From Minisyncoccota bacterium (GTDB lineage Bacteria; Patescibacteriota; Minisyncoccia; Phycocordibacterales; PALSA-1337): 64,000 bases of DNA. Below are positions 58,052-64,000 of this stretch, one piece after another; within the stretch, counting starts at the first letter, position 1; each line of letters opens with the position of its first letter. Position numbers and translations under genes: made by a program. Location: contig DATJGJ010000010.1 of NCBI GenBank assembly GCA_035495115.1, forward strand, positions 2,407 to 66,406. Direction: 5' to 3'. The notes under the pieces were generated by a model, which worked only from the letters and a program-made list of their open reading frames with translations, made no database searches and had not been told where the DNA came from.

Positions 58052-58417
58052 GGGGATGAATTTGGCATCGACAATCGACAGTTTTCGTTCGTGCGGTGCG
58101 AGCACCAGTAACTCGTAAATCTGCTGGAAATCCAATTGCAAAATCTTCTGTCTCTCCATATTTTGGAGCAAAGGACTTTCAATTCGCTCTCGTTTAACGA
58201 GGCCGTCTACCTACTGGGATCCTGACGGTAGGCTGGGCGTAATAACCTGGATGTAGGGCAGGTAGAGCTTCTCACTCTATCTCCTGAAACAATGAGATCG
58301 TGATCATGTGTTTTGTTTTCTTTCAAGCATGATCATTAAACTTTAAAGGATTCTACCACCGTAGAGTCGCTCGATGAACTTCGATTGCACGGCGGTTCGA
58401 TTCCGCCCATCTCCACC
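58052..58417 (+). ncRNA. ssrA: tmRNA
   Basis: 5' GGGGATGAA...TCGAC, 3' GGCGGTTCGATTCCGCCCATCTCCACC; tag ORF 58138-58197 AKSSVSPYFGAKDFQFALV*; adjacent to smpB. Confidence 0.93.
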
Positions 58418-58451
58418 GAAAACAGAAACCGCCTTGTGCGGTTTTTTGTTT

Positions 58452-58603
58452 GAGGGGGAGTGAGCAAAGTGCCTACGCACTTTGCGTGGCGGAATCGAAA
58501 AGGCTCTCCCATATTTTCGATCCTTCGAAGCTTTAGCGCAGAAGGGGAGAAAATGGGAAGCCTGTACTGAAGCTGTAAGCTTCGATTCCGCCCATCTCCA
58601 CCA
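58452..58603. repeat. Palindromic mini-element carrying inverted and direct copies of the tmRNA 3' end
   Basis: GGCGGAATCGAA (58488-58499) is the reverse complement of TTCGATTCCGCC; direct copy TTCGATTCCGCCCATCTCCACCA at 58581-58603. Confidence 0.8.
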
Positions 58604-58706
58604 TATTGACTTTTACAAAATAATATGCTATTATGTGCAATAGCAGTTTTTGAGGTATTCCTGCCTAACCACAGGACGAGAGGTGTGAGGCCTCATTTGA
58701 GAACTT

Positions 58707-58994
58707 ATGAAAATCCAAAAGAATGCTATTGGTGGACTTCAAGTTAAAAATGTCCATACGGACGTATTCAAAGCGATCTTGAAAGACCTGAATTCGAATC
58801 TACCGGATAGTCGTGGCAGCTGGGTTTTACCTTTTACTCAAGGTCACGCCATCCGAGACGATGACGATGGAGAAGGGTTCTTGGTTCTTTTCCCAAAATT
58901 TATTGACAACACCAAGACCCGACAGATGATTGAAAAAGCGCTTGGTATTAAATTAAAAAAATACAAAGTGATCACGATTTGGGACGAGCGCTGA
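58707..58994 (+). CDS. Hypothetical protein (stand-alone cassette)
   Basis: 95 aa; TTGACT-17-TATTAT promoter at 58606; terminator 59037-59065. Confidence 0.6.
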   Translation: MKIQKNAIGGLQVKNVHTDVFKAILKDLNSNLPDSRGSWVLPFTQGHAIRDDDDGEGFLVLFPKFIDNTKTRQMIEKALGIKLKKYKVITIWDER

Positions 58995-59072
58995 GGATCC
59001 CATAGAGTTAATTGTTCTGTATCATTGAACAATCATAAGCCCGTGGTAAAACCAGCGGGCTTTTTGTATAAA

Positions 59073-59696
59073 CTATTTTCTCACAAGCTCGATAATTTTG
59101 ACTAAAATAATCGCTCCAACCTGTATGACTATTCCTACAAGTATCAGTTGCAAAGCAATGGTAAGAAGGTTCGACAGGGGAGCGATATCGATAAATAAAA
59201 ATATGATAAGTGCCGGCCACATGTTTTTGATGTCTTGCCAGGAAGGACTGAGCATAGCACCAACATTGATGAATAAAAGAATGAGGACCCATGTCTGCCA
59301 GTGAAGGAGATTGATCTGGAAAATCAGACTGAGTAGGCTATTATATATATTTTCCAATACGACCGAATGTATTGCGAACTGACTATGTAAAACATATGAA
59401 TTTACAAGATATAAAAATATTAGGCCACCAAAAAGTGGCGCCAATGATATGAGCATGTTGCCGACAAGAGGGATTTTTGGTTTGCCGTAAACGACGCGAG
59501 GCTGCTCAGAGAATACTTTAAATTCATGTATGTGCGAACCGAGCACGACAGCAACCAATGCATGCGAGCTTTCGTGGATAAGCGCTCCTATATAGTACAA
59601 ATAGCGCGTAATATTTGAGTTGAGAAACTTCCAGTTGAGCCAGTTACTAAAGTAGGCGACTGCGATTACGATGAGGAGGATAAAGCCGGTAGTCAT
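59073..59696 (-). CDS. M50B-like membrane metallopeptidase
   Basis: LIHESSHAL (HExxH), ISLAP, PSWQD, several TM helices. Confidence 0.8.
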   Translation of the reverse strand: MTTGFILLIVIAVAYFSNWLNWKFLNSNITRYLYYIGALIHESSHALVAVVLGSHIHEFKVFSEQPRVVYGKPKIPLVGNMLISLAPLFGGLIFLYLVNSYVLHSQFAIHSVVLENIYNSLLSLIFQINLLHWQTWVLILLFINVGAMLSPSWQDIKNMWPALIIFLFIDIAPLSNLLTIALQLILVGIVIQVGAIILVKIIELVRK

Positions 59697-59827
59697 TTGA
59701 TATAGGATAGCATTTTTATCCGAAGAGAAGTGTTGTTGACGGTATAAGAATAGTATGGTAATTTTTATTCTGAATCGTTGGAAACAGTTTCAATAAAAAA
59801 CAAATAACATATTACCTGGAGGAAAAA

Positions 59828-60268
59828 ATGATCATTGATACGACATCGTTTGCTGTCGGGTGCGCAACTCCCATTGTTTTGGGTGCTGCTGTTTATCTCG
59901 TTGGCAACAGGCTTCGTCATAAGTGCAAGACAGATGGGTGCGGATGCGGAACGGTGACCTATTATCGGTTGCTTCATCTGCACAATGTCCCCATGACTAA
60001 GAGCGGTTACAAAGTATATGCGGTTTACAAATTTCGTTCATGTAGCCGAGGCCATGTCTCGGTGTCCATGAAAACCAAAATGTTCTCGAACAGTCAGATT
60101 TGTTTGAAACCGGAAGCTGAGTTCGACTGGACGTCAGAAGTTGTCGAGCGCCTGTGCACCAAGGCAGGAATAAAAAATCCGGGAACTGATTTCATGGTTG
60201 ATCAATTCAGCAGCCCGAATGCAACCCCTCGGATACCTGTCATTGCATCGCACCATAGTCGGAAGTAA
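59828..60268 (+). CDS. Hypothetical membrane-anchored Cys/His-rich protein
   Basis: GGAGG SD, TM, CKTDGCGC and CSRGH; TTGACG promoter; terminator 60284-60312. Confidence 0.6.
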   Translation: MIIDTTSFAVGCATPIVLGAAVYLVGNRLRHKCKTDGCGCGTVTYYRLLHLHNVPMTKSGYKVYAVYKFRSCSRGHVSVSMKTKMFSNSQICLKPEAEFDWTSEVVERLCTKAGIKNPGTDFMVDQFSSPNATPRIPVIASHHSRK

Positions 60269-60459
60269 TCGTGTTATTCTCACCAGCCACTCCTTTATTG
60301 GGGTGGCTTTTTGATTTAGTGAAATTATGTAAGCAAGCTTCCATAAATCCTCACTTGAGGCTATATTCGCAAAAGCTCATATATCGTCTGCGCTCAGACA
60401 TTATTACAACATGTAAACAAGTTGTAATAAGTCTTCACTTGACGCTATAATCAATTCCT

Positions 60460-62382
60460 ATGAATCCCCAAAATAATACGCCCCAAAACGGCCAGAATAC
60501 ACCTCAAAATAAGAAGGGAAAAGGGTTCCCAAAGATGAATTTCTTGAATTCGATCGCTACGGTCATTATCATCTTTTTGATCATTACGACTTTCTACGCG
60601 GAGTTTTCAGGCAAATCGACTTCAGGCACAGCGGTACCGCTTTCAACCTTGGCAAAGGATATCAAGAAAGGTCTGGTAACTTCACTCACTATCCAAGACA
60701 CTGAGGTTGTCGCACAGTACAAAGATAAGACTGTCAAAACAACTCAACGCGAAACGGACGCTTCGCTTACGGATAGTTTGAGTCGCTTTGGTGTGACATC
60801 GGCTGATCTTGGTTCTACGACGATCAGTGTTATTTCTCCATCCGGCTTCTGGTATTGGGTGGGACAACTTGCTCCGTTCATCGTTCCTCTGCTTTTCCTT
60901 GCACTTTTCATCTGGATGCTCTCGCGTCAGATGCGCGGTGCGGGCATGCAAGCCATGTCGTTCGGTCAGTCAAAGGCGCGCATCACTTTGCCTGATGATA
61001 CGAAGCAGAAGGTCACATTCAAGGATGTTGCAGGTGCAAAAGAAGCAAAACAAGAGCTCTCTGAGATTGTCGACTTCCTCAAGAATCCAAAGAAATTCAT
61101 CGACATTGGCGCTGAGATACCGAAGGGAGTGCTCCTCATGGGTGCGCCAGGTACCGGAAAGACCTTGCTCGCTCGCGCAGTAGCGGGTGAAGCAGGCGTT
61201 GCATTCTTTTCTATCTCTGGCTCAGAGTTCGTCGAAATGTTCGTTGGTGTCGGTGCATCACGCGTACGCGATCTCTTTCACATGGCAAAGCAAGCTGCTC
61301 CTGCTATCGTATTCGTCGATGAGATTGATGCTGTCGGTCGTGCTCGTGGTTCAGGCACTGGTGGCGGCAATGATGAGCGCGAACAGACATTGAACCAGAT
61401 CCTCGTAGAGATGGATGGTTTCGAGCAAAATCAAAAAGTCATCGTTATGGCTGCGACCAACCGTCCTGATGTGCTCGATCCAGCGCTCCTCCGTCCTGGC
61501 CGTTTTGACCGTCGCGTCACTATCGACCTTCCTGATCGCAGCGATCGCGAGGCTATCCTCACTGTTCACTCAAAGAAAAAGCAGTTCGCAGAAGACGTCA
61601 ACCTCAAAGTGGTCGCTGAACGTACACCTGGTTTCTCCGGCGCAGATCTTGCAAGTCTCATGAACGAAGCAGCTATCCTCGCTGCACGCGAAGACCGAAA
61701 GACGATTGGTCAGTTTGATCTCATCCGCTCTATTGAAAAGGTTATGCTCGGCCCAGAGCGCAAGAGCCACGTCCTCTCGCCAAAAGAAAAAGAGATCACG
61801 GCCTATCATGAAGCAGGTCACGCTATCGTCGCATCTGTTCTCCCGCACGCTGATCCAGTCCACAAGATCTCTATTATCTCTCGTGGCCGTGCTGCAGGAT
61901 ATACATTGAAATTACCGTTCGAAGAGCGCAAGCTCCAGTCGCGCAATGAATTCCTCGATGATATCGCTATGTCTCTCGGTGGATACGTGGCTGAGAAAAT
62001 GGTCTTTGGTGATATCACCACAGGCGCATCGAATGACCTTCAAGTCTCGACGGCCCTCGCGCGCGATATGGTCACTCGCTACGGTATGTCTGATAAGATC
62101 GGCCCTATCGCTCTTGAAAGCGCTCAGGGCAGAACACTCTTTGGCATGGGCGTCTCAGATCGTGAGTACTCAGAAACAGTAGCCGCTCTCATTGATGCTG
62201 AAGTATCAAAGATTATGACCGAAGCTCGTGAGCGCGCGATTGCTACTCTTGCTGAGCACAAGAAGGCATTTGAAGCAGTCTCGAAGCGCCTCGTAGAAGC
62301 TGAGACCATCGAACGCGAAGAGTATGAAAAGATAATCATCGCCAATGGTATTCCATTGAAAAGAGAGGCGAAGGTTGTGTAG
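60460..62382 (+). CDS. ftsH: ATP-dependent zinc metalloprotease FtsH
   Basis: Two [34 protein letters not shown]. Confidence 0.98.
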   Translation: MNPQNNTPQNGQNTPQNKKGKGFPKMNFLNSIATVIIIFLIITTFYAEFSGKSTSGTAVPLSTLAKDIKKGLVTSLTIQDTEVVAQYKDKTVKTTQRETDASLTDSLSRFGVTSADLGSTTISVISPSGFWYWVGQLAPFIVPLLFLALFIWMLSRQMRGAGMQAMSFGQSKARITLPDDTKQKVTFKDVAGAKEAKQELSEIVDFLKNPKKFIDIGAEIPKGVLLMGAPGTGKTLLARAVAGEAGVAFFSISGSEFVEMFVGVGASRVRDLFHMAKQAAPAIVFVDEIDAVGRARGSGTGGGNDEREQTLNQILVEMDGFEQNQKVIVMAATNRPDVLDPALLRPGRFDRRVTIDLPDRSDREAILTVHSKKKQFAEDVNLKVVAERTPGFSGADLASLMNEAAILAAREDRKTIGQFDLIRSIEKVMLGPERKSHVLSPKEKEITAYHEAGHAIVASVLPHADPVHKISIISRGRAAGYTLKLPFEERKLQSRNEFLDDIAMSLGGYVAEKMVFGDITTGASNDLQVSTALARDMVTRYGMSDKIGPIALESAQGRTLFGMGVSDREYSETVAALIDAEVSKIMTEARERAIATLAEHKKAFEAVSKRLVEAETIEREEYEKIIIANGIPLKREAKVV

Positions 62383-62483
62383 GCTTTGACAGAAAACCGC
62401 CACCATAGTGGCGGTTTTTCTTACCTTGACTCTTTTGACTGATAGAGTAGGATTTTACTAAACAATTAACAGAAAGGATCTTT

Positions 62484-62870
62484 GTGAGAATTCCATATTT
62501 CTTCGCTTGTTGTAAAGAGATGGTAAGGTTGCGCTGGATGTGCCTTTTGTCACCATCGGGTGAACTGCATGTTCTCTTGAGAACTGAGCTTATAGATGAA
62601 GATATACCAGAGTTTTCCCAGCCACTATTTTCTGTGGCAAGAGACGTGGTCGGTTTTCATCCAAATAAAGAAAAAGATTTTCTGAAGGCGGCCCAATTAC
62701 TTGGGTTACCGAATGAATTTGCAACACTTGTATATGTTGCCTCGTTAAGAAGTGATAATTTATCAGGTAAAACGCTTGCTGTTAGAGAAGAATTGGTGGA
62801 GTGTTTGAGGCCGCGGAAGCTTTTCGAACCACCACCTAATTCTTTACGCGCACCGGTCATTTCAGTATAA
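62484..62870 (+). CDS. Hypothetical protein (stand-alone cassette)
   Basis: AAAGGA SD before GTG; TTGACT promoter at 62426; terminator 62879-62912. Confidence 0.55.
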   Translation: MRIPYFFACCKEMVRLRWMCLLSPSGELHVLLRTELIDEDIPEFSQPLFSVARDVVGFHPNKEKDFLKAAQLLGLPNEFATLVYVASLRSDNLSGKTLAVREELVECLRPRKLFEPPPNSLRAPVISV

Positions 62871-62970
62871 TTATTTCAATAAAGAGTTCTAGGTTTTCCT
62901 AGGCTCTTTTTTAGTTCTTCTGACAGTTGTTTCTCTGGTGAGTTTACATTATGATGATTGAATCGATAAA

Positions 62971-63044
62971 CCGCCCTTAGCTCAGTTGGTTAGAGCACAG
63001 AGCTTATACCTCTGGGGTCCTTGGTTCGAATCCAAGAGGGCGGA
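62971..63044 (+). tRNA. tRNA-Ile, anticodon UAU (CCA not encoded)
   Basis: Acceptor CCGCCCT/AGGGCGG, D arm GCTC/GAGC, anticodon arm CAGAG-CTTATAC-CTCTG, T arm CTTGG-TTCGAAT-CCAAG, discriminator A. Confidence 0.93.
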
Positions 63045-63054
63045 CAAGAAATAG

Positions 63055-64000
63055 TTACTCAAAATGCGTCTCGATCTTCTTTGAAGCAACCTCTTTTTTA
63101 AGCTCAGGATATTTCGATAGAGTGATATCTTCGATGATGAGCCGTCCCGCTTCTTCGCGAGCAGCTTCAACCATCTTGAGATTTTTGAGAGCTTCCATTG
63201 CTATGTCAGAGACGCCCCACTGGCGCATGCCAGAAAGCTCGCCGGCACCGCGAGCCATGAGGTCGAGTTCGGCCAGCTCAAATCCATTCTTTGCATTCTG
63301 GAGCGCCTTGAGGCGAGTAATGGATTTTTCGCTAGTCGTTTCGGTAAATACATAACAGTACGCTTGATGGCTGCTGCGCATGACGCGGCCGCGGAGCTGA
63401 TGAAGCTGAGAGAGACCAAATCGTTCTGCGCCTTCGATGAGGATGACAGTAGCGTTCGGCACATTGACGCCGACTTCGACGACTGAGGTGGCGCAGAGGA
63501 TGGTGATCTCGCCGCGCTTGAACTGGCCCATGACGCGGTCTTTTTCTTGAGGTGACATTTTGCTATGCATAATGCCAATCTCATATTCAGGAAAGATTTT
63601 TGCTTTGAGGCGCTTCGCTTCTTCTTTGACTGACTTAGCGTTGAGTGCTTGCTCCTTGTCTGGATCTGGTTCGTCAATACGCGGACAGATGACATAGGCT
63701 TGTCTACCTGATTGGAGCTCGGCGCGCATTTTTTCATATACTGCTTCACGGCCGTTCGGCAGGACGAGCTCAGTAATGATTGGCATACGTCCGACAGGTG
63801 ACTGATCGAGAAGAGTGAGGTCGAGGTCGCCGTACATAGTGAGAGCGAGCGTGCGCGGTATCGGCGTTGCGGTCATAGAGAGGAGGTGCGGAGCGATGGT
63901 GTCTTTACGGATGAGCTTGGCACGCTGAGCGGTGCCAAAACGGTGCTGCTCATCGATGATAGCTAAGCCGAGGCTCTTGAACTTCACCGACTTTTGGATG
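63055..64000 (-). CDS. recG: ATP-dependent DNA helicase RecG, C-terminal part (starts beyond window end)
   Basis: IIDEQHRFG, MTATPIPRTL, VEVGVNVPNA, RFGLSQLHQLRGRV, DL.ARGAGE. Confidence 0.96.
   Translation of the reverse strand, partial: IQKSVKFKSLGLAIIDEQHRFGTAQRAKLIRKDTIAPHLLSMTATPIPRTLALTMYGDLDLTLLDQSPVGRMPIITELVLPNGREAVYEKMRAELQSGRQAYVICPRIDEPDPDKEQALNAKSVKEEAKRLKAKIFPEYEIGIMHSKMSPQEKDRVMGQFKRGEITILCATSVVEVGVNVPNATVILIEGAERFGLSQLHQLRGRVMRSSHQAYCYVFTETTSEKSITRLKALQNAKNGFELAELDLMARGAGELSGMRQWGVSDIAMEALKNLKMVEAAREEAGRLIIEDITLSKYPELKKEVASKKIETHFE

Noticed and set aside
58645-58706. Twister ribozyme or guanidine-III riboswitch in the leader of ORF 58707
   Set aside because: Only short word matches (GCCTAAC, CAGGACGAG); the required pseudoknots cannot be built.
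58418-60312. Prophage or integrative island at ssrA
   Set aside because: No integrase or phage genes; the duplicated 3' end encloses only about 160 bp and the small ORFs lie outside it.
60401-60430. CIRCE element before ftsH
   Set aside because: Does not match TTAGCACTC-N9-GAGTGCTAA.
1-64000. CRISPR array, rRNA, IS transposase, or UGA recoding (code 25)
   Set aside because: No regularly spaced repeats, rRNA or transposase motifs were seen; TGA ends several full-length conserved genes (recJ, rnhA, lysA, smpB).

Overview
Core chromosomal segment of a Patescibacteria (CPR, Parcubacteria-like) bacterium using genetic code 11. Lineage clues are the missing rpmD/L30, a trigger factor without its PPIase domain, a split ComEC, a Pif1 helicase and CPR-style secreted proteins. 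The window holds rny (partial), clpP, rsmE, tig, ppa, nusA, a type IV pilus/competence locus (pilB, pilC, four minor pilins, split comEC), tpiA-pgk, recJ-rnhA, sod, the str/S10/spc superoperon through secY-adk-map, ndk, a beta-CASP nuclease, infC-rpmI-rplT, cls, smpB-tmRNA, ftsH, tRNA-Ile(UAU) and recG (partial). The ribosomal superoperon is broken four times by inserted genes, including a dapL / GlcG-like / lysA cassette. The most notable unexplained signals are non-coding. (1) Matching H-type pseudoknots with a shared AAAACUAC linker sit in the leaders of both lysine-pathway genes, a candidate new riboswitch or regulatory RNA. (2) Translation initiation appears three-tiered: leaderless housekeeping genes, an ACTAC(T/C)ATG Kozak-like context without Shine-Dalgarno on ribosomal genes, and SD mainly on inserted single-gene cassettes. 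(3) A ~133-nt promoter- and terminator-bounded, possibly 6S-like RNA lies after ndk. (4) A palindromic mini-element built from tmRNA 3' ends follows ssrA. (5) A duplicated DnaA-box/promoter/hairpin module precedes two secreted-protein genes. EF-Tu also has a non-canonical switch I. No CRISPR array, rRNA, integrase or transposase was seen. All calls come from reading motifs by eye; no database searches or folding programs were run.
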